Notes: a model not told the origin generated them from the letters alone. A stretch of 60,950 nucleotides of DNA from Dehalococcoidia bacterium (GCA_035286725.1 DATECV010000205.1:1-60950), one strand, 5' to 3'. Shown: positions 16,063 to 26,155, counted from the first letter of the stretch. Numbers and translations: made by a program.

Positions 16063-16880
16063 GGCGCCACCGCCTGCGCCACCTTGAGCTGCTGCTGCTC
16101 CTCTACCCGCAGCGCCAGAAGCGCCTCCACACGCGCCAGGTACCCGTGTACCACCTGTTGTGGCGTCCCTTCGTCCGTGATGCGGCCCTGCTCCAGAAGC
16201 ACCGCCCGGTCGCAGAACTTCGGCACGCTCAACATGTCGTGCGTCACCAATACGAGCGTCACACCCCGCGAGCGCAGGCCGTGGATGTGGTTCATGCACT
16301 TCTCCTGGAACTGCGCGTCCCCCACCGCCAGTACTTCGTCGATCAGCAGGATCTCCGGCTGCACGTGTACCGCCACTGAGAACCCCAGCCGGAAAAACAT
16401 GCCCGACGAATACATCCGCATCGGCTGGTCGATGAACTGCCCCAGCTCCGAGAACTCCACGATGTCCGGTAGTACCTCGCGCGCCTCTGCCAACGTGAGC
16501 CCCAGCAGCACCGCGTTCAGCAGGGCGTTCTCCCGCCCCGTGATCTGTGGATGAAACCCCGATCCCAACTCCAGCAGCCCCACCACGCGCCCGTTGGCGG
16601 TCAGCTTGCCGGACGTAGGCGGCGTGATCCCTGCCATGATGCGCAGCGTCGTGCTCTTCCCGCTCCCATTCGGCCCCACGATGCCCAGGCTCTCCCCCCG
16701 GCGTACGCGCAGGCTCACGTTGTCCAGCGCCACGAACGGCCGTCGCGCGTTCGAAAGGAAGCGGGGCAGGTGCAGCAGCATCGACTTCAAGTCCGACGCT
16801 TCCTTCTGCAGTGATAGCGAGTAGTGCTTCGAAACGCCGTCCAGCGCCAGCGCCACGTCGCCCCCGATGTCAGAGCGCAT
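16059..16880 (-). CDS. Polysaccharide/teichoic-acid export ABC transporter ATP-binding protein (Wzt/TagH-like)
   Basis: Walker A GPNGSGKST, signature-like YSSGMFFRLGFSVAV, Walker B LLIDEVLAVGD. Confidence 0.9.
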   Translation of the reverse strand: MRSDIGGDVALALDGVSKHYSLSLQKEASDLKSMLLHLPRFLSNARRPFVALDNVSLRVRRGESLGIVGPNGSGKSTTLRIMAGITPPTSGKLTANGRVVGLLELGSGFHPQITGRENALLNAVLLGLTLAEAREVLPDIVEFSELGQFIDQPMRMYSSGMFFRLGFSVAVHVQPEILLIDEVLAVGDAQFQEKCMNHIHGLRSRGVTLVLVTHDMLSVPKFCDRAVLLEQGRITDEGTPQQVVHGYLARVEALLALRVEEQQQLKVAQAVAP

Positions 16881-17649
16881 CGGCGAAGCCTCCCTGCATC
16901 TGCCGGAACGAGAGAGACCCCAGCACGGCGAACCCGCCCGCGAACGCCAGCGCCGGCAGCATCGACAAGCCCGGCACCTGGTTCTGCAGGAACAGGTCTC
17001 GCCACCCTTCGACCAGCGACGCCATCGGGTTTAGGGCCAGGATCCAGTCGTGGTACTTGTCCGGCACGATCGACAGCGGGTAGATCACCGGCGTCAGGTA
17101 GAACCAGATTAACCCCACGAATACATCCGTCAGGTGCTCCAGGTCGCGGAAGTACACGTCCAGCGACGCGATGAACAGCACGATGCCCATGATCAGCACC
17201 GCCTCCACCGCGATCAGGTACGGGATCCCCACGAGCCACGTCCAGTTCGGCGTGTATCCGCTGATCGCCAGCAGGATGATCAGCACCGGGATCGAAAGCG
17301 CGAACTGCACGCCGTTGTTCAGCACCGTCGAGAACGGCAGCACGAACCGCGGAAAGTAGACCTTCTTGATGAGCGCCCCGTTCGAGGTGAACGATCCCAC
17401 GCACAGCGTCAACGACGTCTGGAACCACGTCCACGGGAACAGCGCCGCCAGCAGCACCAGCCCGTAGTCCTCGACGTCGATCCGGATGAACTTGCTCAGC
17501 ACGACGTACAGCACCGCGCCCTGCAGCAGCGGCCGGATCAGGGACCACAGGTAACCGAAGATCGTGTCCTGGTACCGCAGCTTCAGTTCACGGAACGTCA
17601 GGAGATAGAGCAGATCGTACGCCCTGCGGGCCTGCCGGTTCATGACCAC
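16870..17649 (-). CDS. ABC-2 type transporter permease (Wzm/TagG-like)
   Basis: 259-aa polytopic membrane protein with the typical N-terminus (LLYLLTFRELKLRYQDTIFGYLWSLIRP). Overlaps wzt by 11 nt. Confidence 0.9.
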   Translation of the reverse strand: MVMNRQARRAYDLLYLLTFRELKLRYQDTIFGYLWSLIRPLLQGAVLYVVLSKFIRIDVEDYGLVLLAALFPWTWFQTSLTLCVGSFTSNGALIKKVYFPRFVLPFSTVLNNGVQFALSIPVLIILLAISGYTPNWTWLVGIPYLIAVEAVLIMGIVLFIASLDVYFRDLEHLTDVFVGLIWFYLTPVIYPLSIVPDKYHDWILALNPMASLVEGWRDLFLQNQVPGLSMLPALAFAGGFAVLGSLSFRQMQGGFADAL

Positions 17650-17763
17650 CGTGCTCGACCTCGGACTGTCCGGCCGCCAGGCATCCCTCGAAGCGGCGCG
17701 CTTGCCCAGTCTGCAGGCAAGCGTAGCATATCCGTTCGATACGAACCGTCGGCGTGCGCGGTC

Positions 17764-18216
17764 CTAGTCGAGCGCGGACCTGATCCGCTGAGCGATGGAC
17801 ACGCGTTCTTCAAAGGGAGTCTCGGGCTGCTGAGCGGCAAGGATCCCCGGCGGCTGACCGTGGTAGCGCGGCGCGAGGTGCATGTGATAGTGCTCGACGC
17901 TCTGGCCCGCAGCGGTGCCGTTGTTCTGGAATACGCCTAGCCCAGGTGGCTCGAACGCTCGCTCTACGGCGACTGCCAGGCGGCGCATGTGGCGCGCTAT
18001 AGCAGCAGCCTCGTCGGCGGTGAGGTCGAGCAGGGTTGCAGCGTGGCGCTTCGGGATGACAACGAGATGCGGCGTGGCGATCTGCCGCGGAAGGAGGAAG
18101 GCGAACGTGTCCGCGAGATCCTCGATGACCGCACACTTGGTACCGGACGACGTCTCACCCTTCTCAATGTTCTCACAGAAGGGGCAGGACTCGTGCTGCG
18201 GTATCTCAAGCGCCAT
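17764..18216 (-). CDS. HIT family (histidine triad) protein
   Basis: Histidine triad VEHYHMHLAP. Start at MALEIPQ (18216); the upstream track extension is low-complexity. Confidence 0.85.
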   Translation of the reverse strand: MALEIPQHESCPFCENIEKGETSSGTKCAVIEDLADTFAFLLPRQIATPHLVVIPKRHAATLLDLTADEAAAIARHMRRLAVAVERAFEPPGLGVFQNNGTAAGQSVEHYHMHLAPRYHGQPPGILAAQQPETPFEERVSIAQRIRSALD

Positions 18217-18227
18217 GGGGCTCGGCC

Positions 18228-18518
18228 TTAGCAGGTGGCGGTCTCGACGACCTGCTCGCAGGTCGAGACTTCCTTCACCTCCACCGTCCCCACCATCCCG
18301 AACGGCTTCACGTACTCGTCGACCTTCGACTGCTCCGCGGCCTCCAGCACCAGCATCATCCGGTGCTCGCCCGGGTGTACCACGTCGGAGTGGATCTTGA
18401 TCCCGAACTGGTCGGCTGTCGGCTGGGTTACGTGCTTTCCCAGCATCAGCATCATCTCTCGGTTCTTCGTGGGGCACGTCTCCGCAGTGTGCCTGTGCTC
18501 AACGAAATACAGCGGCAT
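18228..18518 (-). CDS. Hypothetical small cytoplasmic protein (96 aa)
   Basis: Start MPLYFVEH preceded by AAGGAGAG. Coding-like composition. Confidence 0.6.
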   Translation of the reverse strand: MPLYFVEHRHTAETCPTKNREMMLMLGKHVTQPTADQFGIKIHSDVVHPGEHRMMLVLEAAEQSKVDEYVKPFGMVGTVEVKEVSTCEQVVETATC

Positions 18519-18581
18519 GGCGTCTCTCCTTGGTTGTCGTCTACTCATCAGTGTGTCGCATTGGGCATCCTCGACCAAGCG

Positions 18582-19637
18582 CTACCGCTTACGGCGAAGC
18601 GTCCGCCGTGCCGTTTCCACTGCCGCGATCCCGTCCATCGAGCCTTCCATCACGTCTCGCTGGCGCGCCTCCGTCACGTGCAGGTAGATCTGCGTCGTGT
18701 TCGGGTTACTGTGGCCCAGCAATTCCTGCACCACGCGCAGTTCCGCCCCGTTGTCCAGCAGGTGCGTGGCGAAGCTGTGCCGCAGCAAGTGCGGGTGAAC
18801 CCGGTCGTCGAGCCCGGCCTTCAGCGCGTACTTCCGCACCAGGATCTGGATCGCCCGCTGGCTCAACCGCGCCCCGAACCGGTTCACGAAGATCGCTCCC
18901 GCGCCGGCGGCTCCCGGCGGGACAGCGGATGCACTCCTCCCATCTTCCACCTTCGGTCGTGCATTCTCGCCATCACCCGACCGCCGGCTCAGGAGGGCAG
19001 TCCGCCCTTCGCGGAGATACGCCTCCAGCGCCGCGCGGGCCGGCGCCCCCATGACGACGATCCGCTCCTTGTTCCCTTTGCCCCGCACGCGGATGGCCCG
19101 ATGGTCCAGGTCCGCGTCGCCCACGTCCAGCCCGTGCGCCTCCGAAACCCGCAATCCGCTCGCGTACATCACCTCCAGCAGCGCCCGGTCGCGCAGGTCC
19201 TCCGGCCGCGTGCCCGTCGCCGCCGAGATCAGCGCCGTCACGTCCTCCAGCGTCAGCACGTGCGGCAGGCGTCGCCCCTGCTTTGGACCGCTCACCAGCG
19301 CCAGCGGGTCATCCCGCATCTCGCCCACCAGACGCAGCCATCGGTAGAAGCCCTTCACCGTGCTCACGCGCCGCGTGATCGAGCCCCGTGCAACGCCGCC
19401 CTCCTGCATCGCCGCGATGTACGATCGGAACCGCGAGCGCACGATCCCGGTCAGGCTCGCGCCGTGTTCGTCCAGCCACGCGAAATAGTGCCGCAAGTCC
19501 GACCGGTAGTTGCGAAGCGTGAACGACGAGAGGTTCCGCCCGCCGTGAAGATCCGCCAGGTAGCGCCCCAACAGCCGCTCCAACTCAGGGTTGTTGTGTT
19601 CTTGCTCAGCAGTTGCGTGAGGGGAGAGGCCTGCCAT
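18582..19637 (-). CDS. Tyrosine site-specific recombinase, XerC/XerD type
   Basis: Catalytic region HPHLLRHSFATHLLDNGAELRVVQELLGHSNPNTTQIYLHV. About 30-aa low-complexity insert (SGDGENARPKVEDGRSASAVPPGAAGAG). Confidence 0.9.
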   Translation of the reverse strand: MAGLSPHATAEQEHNNPELERLLGRYLADLHGGRNLSSFTLRNYRSDLRHYFAWLDEHGASLTGIVRSRFRSYIAAMQEGGVARGSITRRVSTVKGFYRWLRLVGEMRDDPLALVSGPKQGRRLPHVLTLEDVTALISAATGTRPEDLRDRALLEVMYASGLRVSEAHGLDVGDADLDHRAIRVRGKGNKERIVVMGAPARAALEAYLREGRTALLSRRSGDGENARPKVEDGRSASAVPPGAAGAGAIFVNRFGARLSQRAIQILVRKYALKAGLDDRVHPHLLRHSFATHLLDNGAELRVVQELLGHSNPNTTQIYLHVTEARQRDVMEGSMDGIAAVETARRTLRRKR

Positions 19638-19938
19638 AGTGCGATCATGGCACGCTGTGCGACCGGATTTCCATAAGGGATTCCCTGATGCCGCGGGAAT
19701 CCAACTGGTCCCGGGCCGCGTCAGGCGGAAGATAGTTCATTCGTACCTCACGGCCACCTTCACCTCTCGATAGCATTGAAGCGTTGGAGTGCGCGCCAAC
19801 GGCGCGGTGGGAGCATCGTCCCGCATAGGCGCGTAAGCAGTTTATACTTCAAGAACCCGGTACGAGGGGCCGGGACTCATCTCGGCGACCGAATCCACCC
19901 TGAAGCGCAGCGTGTGGCCCCGCAGGCCCGGGAGAAGC

Positions 19939-21888
19939 ATGAACATGGTGTTGGACAAATTGCGGCTGTTTGGCACGGACCGGCCAGATCGCGCCCCGGA
20001 CGCCCTCCGCGGCCCCGATGGCGAACCCCTGACCTTCCGCCACCTCCTCGACGACGTCCGCCGTCAGTGGGGCGACAAGGTCGCCTTCCAGCAGAAGGTC
20101 CGCCGCGAGTGGCAGCGCTTCTCCTACGTCCACGTGTACAACCAGAGCTACGAGCTGGGCGCCGGCCTCGCCACCCTTGGTCTGGCAAAGGGCGATCGCG
20201 TCGCCATCATCGCCGAGAACAGCATCGAGTGGGTCTGCGCGTACTACTCCATCGCCGTGAATGGCGCGGTTGGCGTGCCGATCTACTACGACCTGCAACC
20301 ATCCGAAGTCGACGACGCCCTCCAGCGCAGCGGCGCCCGGATCGCGTACGTCTCCGCCCGTTCGCTGAAGAAGTTCGAGGCCGCTCTCCAGCGCCTCGAC
20401 ACGCTCGTTGTCATCGGCGATCCCGTGCGCCCGGCGGACGATGTCCCCGCAGCTCTGCGCAAGTCAGGCCCTCAGTTCGTCCCGTTCGAGGAGCTGCCCG
20501 GCCGCGCCACCCGGCAGAGCAGGGACGCCGTAGCCCACGCCTCCGTGCAGCCCGACGACCTCGCGTCCATCGTCTTCACGTCCGGCACCTCCGGCGGCAT
20601 GAAGGGCGTCATGCTCACCCACCGCAACTTCATGGCCAATCTCCAGCAGGTCCGGAAGTCGATCCCCTTCAACGAGCGGGATCGCCTCGCCATCGTCCTC
20701 CCGATGCACCACGCCTTCCCCTTCACCGTCACGATGGTCGTCGCGCCGTATGTGGGTGGCGAGGTCACATTCGAGAATGACCTCCGCCGCATCCGCGACC
20801 GCATGGCCGAGATCAAGCCCACGCTCTTCCTGGGCGTCCCCCAGCTCTTCGAGGTGATGTGGCGCAACATCCTCCACAGTATCGAGGTGCAGGGACGCAT
20901 GGACACGTTCCAGAAGGGCATGCGCATCGTCGAGGCCACCAAGAAGCGGACCGGCGTCAACATCGGCCGCATCGTCTTCCGCGAGCTTCACAATCGCCTC
21001 GGCGGCAGCCTCCGGTTCGCCGTTAGCGGTGGTGCCGCGCTGAACCCGCAGGTAGGCCTCAACTTCGCGAAGATCGGCCTCCCGATCATCCAGGGATGGG
21101 GCCTCACGGAGGCCGCGCCGGTCCTGGCCGCACAACGGTGGTACCCACGCAAGTTCTACATGTCCAACTACTACGAGGAGCGTTTCGGCACGGTCGGCCA
21201 GGCGCTCGAAGGCGTCGAAGTCGGCCTCATCGACGTGCCTGAAAAGGAGCTCTACGTCCACCTTCACGGCGAGGGCGAGCTCGTCGCGCGTGGCGAGAAC
21301 ATCACGCCCGGCTACTGGCAGGCCGAGGACGTCACGCGGACGGCGAAAGTCGGCGAGTGGCTCCGCACCGGCGACGTCGGGCGCATCGACGACGAGGGTA
21401 ACATCTGGATCACGGGCCGCAGCAAGTTCGTTATCGTCCTCGACTCCGGCGAGAAGATCCATCCCGACGAGGTCGAAGAGAAGCTCGAGCTCAGCCCTGT
21501 CATCGAGGACGTCGTCGTCATCGGCCGTAAGGTCCGCGGCAAAGCTCAGCCCTGGGCCGTCGTCTACCCGAGTTACGACGCGGTCAAAGAACGCCTTGGC
21601 GACGCTCTGTTCACGGAAGCGGCCGTCCGCAGACTTGTGAAGTCGGAGATTGATGCTTGCGAGAGCGAGATTGCGCCCTACAAGCGCACCGTCGACGTCA
21701 TGCTCACCGACCAGCCGCTCCCCAAGACGCCTGGCCTGCGAAAGGTGGTCCGCGGCAGCATCCGCGACGAGTACACCTTCGACCTGGCGGGCTGGAGCGC
21801 CGGTTGGCCCGCCCACCTCGCCGCTATCGCCACGCCCAGCTCTGACGCAGACGAAGAAGCTGACCTCAGCGCTGCCGTCGCCGGGTAG
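19939..21888 (+). CDS. Long-chain-fatty-acid--CoA ligase (AMP-dependent synthetase/ligase)
   Basis: AMP-binding motif IVFTSGTSGGMKGVMLTHRN plus GWGLTE and TGDVG motifs. ATG at 19939 follows GGGAGA. Confidence 0.9.
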   Translation: MNMVLDKLRLFGTDRPDRAPDALRGPDGEPLTFRHLLDDVRRQWGDKVAFQQKVRREWQRFSYVHVYNQSYELGAGLATLGLAKGDRVAIIAENSIEWVCAYYSIAVNGAVGVPIYYDLQPSEVDDALQRSGARIAYVSARSLKKFEAALQRLDTLVVIGDPVRPADDVPAALRKSGPQFVPFEELPGRATRQSRDAVAHASVQPDDLASIVFTSGTSGGMKGVMLTHRNFMANLQQVRKSIPFNERDRLAIVLPMHHAFPFTVTMVVAPYVGGEVTFENDLRRIRDRMAEIKPTLFLGVPQLFEVMWRNILHSIEVQGRMDTFQKGMRIVEATKKRTGVNIGRIVFRELHNRLGGSLRFAVSGGAALNPQVGLNFAKIGLPIIQGWGLTEAAPVLAAQRWYPRKFYMSNYYEERFGTVGQALEGVEVGLIDVPEKELYVHLHGEGELVARGENITPGYWQAEDVTRTAKVGEWLRTGDVGRIDDEGNIWITGRSKFVIVLDSGEKIHPDEVEEKLELSPVIEDVVVIGRKVRGKAQPWAVVYPSYDAVKERLGDALFTEAAVRRLVKSEIDACESEIAPYKRTVDVMLTDQPLPKTPGLRKVVRGSIRDEYTFDLAGWSAGWPAHLAAIATPSSDADEEADLSAAVAG

Positions 21889-21899
21889 AGCGAGCCATT

Positions 21900-21929
21900 C
21901 GTAGCGCGGGCCTTCAGCCCCGCGCTACG
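21900..21929. repeat. Palindromic REP-like element, family 1 (11-bp arms CGTAGCGCGGG/CCCGCGCTACG)
   Basis: Read directly, 12 nt after the fadD-like stop in a convergent intergenic region. It may also act as a terminator hairpin. Confidence 0.75.
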
Positions 21930-21953
21930 GCCCGCAAGCGACAGCGCCGCCAG

Positions 21954-21975
21954 GGGGCCCAGCCTGCTGCGCCCC
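21954..21975. repeat. REP-like element, family 2 (GGGGCCCAGCCTGCTGCGCCCC)
   Basis: Near-copy of 1619-1642. Confidence 0.65.
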
Positions 21976-22058
21976 AAGCAACCGTGCAGGGTCGACGGAA
22001 GCCAGAGAGGGGCTCCCAATCGGGAGCCCCTCCTTCTGGTTTTGCGTGAATCGACCCA

Positions 22059-24335
22059 CTACGTCGCGATGAACAGTGGAGCCAGCACCAGCGTGATCGT
22101 CGCCAAGAGCTTGATCAGCACGTGCAGTGAGGGCCCCGCCGTGTCCTTGAACGGGTCGCCGATCGTGTCACCTACGACCGCCGCCTTGTGTGCTTCGCTC
22201 CCCTTGCCCAGCACGTTCCCGTTCTCGTCCTTCAGCCCGCCGGACTCGATGAACTTCTTCGCGTTGTCCCAGGCGCCGCCGCCGTTGTTCAGCACCGTCG
22301 CCATCAGGATGCCGCCGATCGTGCCCACGATGAGTACGCCGGCCACCGCCAGCCATCCCGAAGCGTCCTCGTACACAACGCCGTTCACGACGACTTCCGA
22401 GTCGCGCGTGAACCGGAAGATCAACCCGACCGCGACGGGAAGCCCAACCGCGAGAATCCCGGGGAGAATCATCTGGCGCAGCGCCGCCTTCGCCGTGATG
22501 TCCACCGCGCGGTGGTAGTCCGGCCGCGAGGTCCCCGCGAGGATGCCGGGGTCGGCCCGGAACTGTCGCCGGACCTCTTCGATGATCGCCCCGGCGGCGT
22601 TGCCAACCGCCCGGATCGCCAGCGAGCTGAACAAGAACACCAGCATCACACCCAGCAACCCGCCCACGAACACGTCCACGTTCGCCAGGTCGATCGGCAG
22701 CTCCTGCGTCAGCGGGATGCCGAGCCGTTCCTTCACCTTGTCCAGGTACGCCGAGAACAGCAGGAACGCGGCCAGGCCGGCCGACGCAACCGCATAGCCC
22801 TTCGTCAGCGCCTTCGTGGTGTTGCCCACGGCATCCAGCTTGTCCGTGATTTCGCGCGCGCTTTCGGGTGCCCCCGACATCTCGGTGATGCCGCCCGCGT
22901 TGTCCGTAATCGGCCCGAACGTGTCCATACTCAGGATGTAGGCCGCCGACATGAGCATGCCCATCGTCGCTACGGCCGTCCCGAAGATGCCGGTCGTGAA
23001 GGCGGGGATCGTCGCTTGTCCGTCGCCGAACACATCGGCCTGTGAGCCCAGCGTGAACGACACGATCAGCGCCAGGCCGATCGAGATCGCCGTCATGGCG
23101 GTCGTCTCGAATCCGACCGCCGTGCCGATAATCACGTTCGTAGCCGGACCCGTCCGCGAAGCCCGCGCGATCTCCTGTACCGGCCGCCACGAGCCCGACG
23201 TGTAGTACTGCGTGATGTACACGAAGGCGATTCCGGTGATGATGCCGGTGATTCCGCAGAAGAAAAACCAGTACCATTCGTCGCCCAGCATCGTGTACGT
23301 CGTGATGAACAACCCGACCACTGATAGCGCCGACACGATGAAGAAGCCGAAGTTCAACGGCTGCATCGGGTCCTGTTTACTGTGAGGGTCGCCGCTCGTG
23401 AAGAACGGCACCGAGATGAGCCCCGCCATGGTGGCGATAACCCCAAACGACCGCAGGATCAGCGGGAACATGATCCATTCGATGTCCCGCGTCACCGTGT
23501 AGATGGCCACACCGAGGATCATCGCGCCGATGTTCTCGGCCGACATCGACTCGAACAGGTCGGCGCCGCGCCCCGCGCAGTCGCCCACGTTGTCGCCGAC
23601 GAGATCCGCGACGACAGCCGCGTTCCGCGGATCGTCCTCTGGGATGCCCGCTTCCACCTTCCCGACGAGGTCCGCCCCCACGTCGGCGGCCTTCGTGTAG
23701 ATTCCACCGCCTAGCTGCGCGAACAGCGCCACGAAGCTGGCGCCGAATCCGAACCCGACGATGAGGAACGGGGTGATCTCGTACGGATTGTCGAGCAGTT
23801 TGCTGTAGGTGAAGAAGATGCCCGACACACCCAGCAGGCTCAGCGCCACGACGAGGAAGCCCGATACGGCGCCCCCTCGCAGCGACACCGTGATCGCCTC
23901 CTTTAGGCTGTTCTGGGCCGCGGCGGCCGTCCTGATGTTCGAGCGGACCGCGATGAACATGCCGATGTAACCCGCCAGCGCCGAGCAGAACGCCCCCACC
24001 AGGAAGGCGACGCCGGTCAGGACACCCTCCTGCCAGCGCCCTACGGCCTCCTCGCCAAAGATTGGCGCACCTGTCGTGGCGTCCGGGACGATCTCCTTCA
24101 CGCCCTCGGAGATCGAACCCACGAGAACGGCGACCGCGACCGCCGTGACCAGGGCCATGATCGCGATCGTCCGGTACTGCCTCGAAAGGAATGCCATCGC
24201 CCCTTCGAAGATCATGTCAGCGATCTCTTGCATCGCCGCCGTGCCTGTATCTCTCCGCAGCACGTCGTACGCCAGCCAGAGCGCGAACAGCCCGGCCGCG
24301 GCCCCCGTGACCGGCACCATGAAGATCAGTTCCAT
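22059..24335 (-). CDS. hppA: Membrane-bound proton/sodium-translocating pyrophosphatase
   Basis: 758-aa polytopic protein with hallmark H+-PPase motifs (GGIYTKAADVGADLVGKVE, DNVGDCAGRGADLFES, GDTIGDPFKDTAGPSL). Start MELIF follows GGGAGGAG. Confidence 0.95.
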   Translation of the reverse strand: MELIFMVPVTGAAAGLFALWLAYDVLRRDTGTAAMQEIADMIFEGAMAFLSRQYRTIAIMALVTAVAVAVLVGSISEGVKEIVPDATTGAPIFGEEAVGRWQEGVLTGVAFLVGAFCSALAGYIGMFIAVRSNIRTAAAAQNSLKEAITVSLRGGAVSGFLVVALSLLGVSGIFFTYSKLLDNPYEITPFLIVGFGFGASFVALFAQLGGGIYTKAADVGADLVGKVEAGIPEDDPRNAAVVADLVGDNVGDCAGRGADLFESMSAENIGAMILGVAIYTVTRDIEWIMFPLILRSFGVIATMAGLISVPFFTSGDPHSKQDPMQPLNFGFFIVSALSVVGLFITTYTMLGDEWYWFFFCGITGIITGIAFVYITQYYTSGSWRPVQEIARASRTGPATNVIIGTAVGFETTAMTAISIGLALIVSFTLGSQADVFGDGQATIPAFTTGIFGTAVATMGMLMSAAYILSMDTFGPITDNAGGITEMSGAPESAREITDKLDAVGNTTKALTKGYAVASAGLAAFLLFSAYLDKVKERLGIPLTQELPIDLANVDVFVGGLLGVMLVFLFSSLAIRAVGNAAGAIIEEVRRQFRADPGILAGTSRPDYHRAVDITAKAALRQMILPGILAVGLPVAVGLIFRFTRDSEVVVNGVVYEDASGWLAVAGVLIVGTIGGILMATVLNNGGGAWDNAKKFIESGGLKDENGNVLGKGSEAHKAAVVGDTIGDPFKDTAGPSLHVLIKLLATITLVLAPLFIAT

Positions 24336-24519
24336 ACGGCGTCTCCTCCCGCTCGCTGCCCGGCGAGCCACGTCGTGGTATTGTCTCCGCGCTTGTCAAG
24401 TCGCGGGGTTTCTTGGACACACAAAAGGGAGTGCCGGGGCACCCCCTCGAAGCGCGGCAAGTCTATCGTGCGATCAGGCCACAATCAAGAATTCGCAGCC
24501 GGAACCATCTTTACCTTCG

Positions 24520-24548
24520 TTGACGGTAACCGGGCCCGGTCGTATTAT
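24520..24548 (+). promoter_or_regulatory. Sigma-70-like promoter TTGACG-17 nt-TATTAT for the hot-dog/SDR operon
   Basis: Hexamers and the 17-nt spacer were read directly, 73 nt upstream of the first ATG. Confidence 0.6.
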
Positions 24549-24563
24549 CTCGAAGCTGCGAAC

Positions 24564-24579
24564 CTCACGTTAACGTGAG
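24564..24579. promoter_or_regulatory. Perfect 16-bp palindrome CTCACGTTAACGTGAG, 15 nt downstream of the -10 (candidate repressor operator)
   Basis: Read directly. Its position over the predicted transcription start is typical of TetR/FadR-type operators. Confidence 0.5.
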
Positions 24580-24620
24580 ATTCCGCTCGCGTCTCGCGGG
24601 TGGCCCGCACGAGGTGCCTC

Positions 24621-25118
24621 ATGACCGCCGCCAACCCCTCTATCATCACCGACGAAATGCGCGCCGCTATCGGCGTCGAAGGCCCGCCCTCCATCATGGA
24701 GGTGGAGAAGACGAACTGCCGCATGTTCGCCCGCTCCGTCGGCCACAAGGATCCCATCTTCTACGACGAGGACGCCGCGAAGGCGGCCGGCCACCGCGGC
24801 GTCGTCGCTCCTCCGGGCTTCCTCGGTACCCCGATCTTCAACCCTAACCGGCCTCCCGGAGCGCCCGGCGAGATGGGCGGTCGGGGCTTCTCCATCCCGT
24901 ACAAACGCGTCCTCAACGGTGGTACCGAGTACGAGTACTTCCCCGAGAACGATGTCATCTGCGCCGGCGATACGATCACGGCGCGCACAAAGGTCGCCGG
25001 GTTCGAGGAGACCGTCGGCTCGCTAGGCCCGATGCTTATCACGCGCCGCGAGACGACCTACACCAACCAGCACGGCAAGGTCGTCGCCAAGCTCTACGGC
25101 ACGGTAATCCAGTACTAA
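24621..25118 (+). CDS. MaoC/FAS1-like dehydratase N-terminal-type hot-dog protein (pair 1, subunit A)
   Basis: 165 aa, paralogous to 25670-26155 (shared ...GF(R/L)...APPGF/APMGY...GGTEYEYF/GGTETEYF...ICAGDT). GAGGTG SD. Confidence 0.8.
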   Translation: MTAANPSIITDEMRAAIGVEGPPSIMEVEKTNCRMFARSVGHKDPIFYDEDAAKAAGHRGVVAPPGFLGTPIFNPNRPPGAPGEMGGRGFSIPYKRVLNGGTEYEYFPENDVICAGDTITARTKVAGFEETVGSLGPMLITRRETTYTNQHGKVVAKLYGTVIQY

Positions 25119-25166
25119 CCCGAACCGCCGTGGCGCGGGTATGGAGCCCGCGCGTGTTCTCGGAGG

Positions 25167-25601
25167 ATGGTCATGCCACAGGTCTACTTCGAAGATGTCC
25201 AGGAGGGCCAGGAGATCCCGGAGATCAAGAAGAACTGCTCTACCCAGCAGCTCGTCCTCTGGGCCGCCGGCTCCGGCGACTTCTACCAGATCCACTACGA
25301 CAAGGACTTCGCGCAGGGCACCGGCCTTCCGGGGCTCATCGTCCACGGCGCCCTCAAGCACGCCTTCCTCGGCCAGCTCGTCCACGACTGGATTGGCCCC
25401 GGGGGGCAGATTCGCAAGTTCGGCTGCTCCTATCGCGGCATGGACTACCCCAACCAGGACATCCGTTGCCGCGGCGTCGTGAAGAAGAAATTCACCGAGA
25501 ACGGCAAGAACCTCGTCGAGCTCGACGTCTGGACCGAAAATCCGGACGGCAAGAAGACCTCCCCCGGCACCGCCACAGTGGCGCTGCCCTCGAAGGCGTG
25601 A
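25167..25601 (+). CDS. MaoC-like (R)-specific enoyl-CoA hydratase hot-dog protein (pair 1, subunit B)
   Basis: Motif GSGDFYQIHYDKDFA...IVHG. About 50% identical by eye to 26174-26611. Confidence 0.85.
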   Translation: MVMPQVYFEDVQEGQEIPEIKKNCSTQQLVLWAAGSGDFYQIHYDKDFAQGTGLPGLIVHGALKHAFLGQLVHDWIGPGGQIRKFGCSYRGMDYPNQDIRCRGVVKKKFTENGKNLVELDVWTENPDGKKTSPGTATVALPSKA

Positions 25602-25669
25602 TAGCACGATGGTACGGGCGCCGGGCCCAACGGCCCGCCTGCCCGGGGGACAACGACAGGAGAACAGAT

Positions 25670-26155
25670 TTGGCTGACGTATTCGAGGTCACAGACGAGA
25701 TCAAGGCCCAGTACGGGAAGGAGACCGAGCCCTGGGTGTCGGAGGTCACGACGACCAGCGTGCGTATGTACGCCCGCGGCATCGGCTCGACCGACCCCCT
25801 CCACTATGATGTCGACTACGCAAAGTCGCAGGGCTTCCGCAGCATCGTCGCCCCGATGGGCTACGTGGGCACGCCCGTGTTCCACCCGGACACCAATGAC
25901 GGGACGTTCGGCTTTCCCCGCCGCGGTGGTGGGGCACGCCTCAACCTCCCGACGAAGGGCCTCCTCGATGGCGGCACCGAGACCGAGTACTTCGACTACA
26001 TTTGCGCCGGTGACACACTCGTCGAGACGTCACACCTCGCCGAGGTGAAGGTCCGTGGGAACATGGTCTTCGTCACCAACGAGGCAGTGTTCAAGGACCA
26101 GGCCACCGGTAAGGTCGTTGCCAAGCAGCGCCTGACATCGATTCACCTCGGCTAG
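25670..26155 (+). CDS. MaoC/FAS1-like dehydratase N-terminal-type hot-dog protein (pair 2, subunit A)
   Basis: TTG start 7 nt after AGGAG. Only the last 161 codons of track ORF 25130-26155 are coding-like. Confidence 0.75.
   Translation: MADVFEVTDEIKAQYGKETEPWVSEVTTTSVRMYARGIGSTDPLHYDVDYAKSQGFRSIVAPMGYVGTPVFHPDTNDGTFGFPRRGGGARLNLPTKGLLDGGTETEYFDYICAGDTLVETSHLAEVKVRGNMVFVTNEAVFKDQATGKVVAKQRLTSIHLG

Noticed and set aside
25130-26155. 341-aa plus-strand ORF spanning the first MaoC gene
   Set aside because: The N-terminal two-thirds are an out-of-frame read-through of 25167-25601. Real coding starts at the TTG at 25670, with an SD and homology to 24621-25118.
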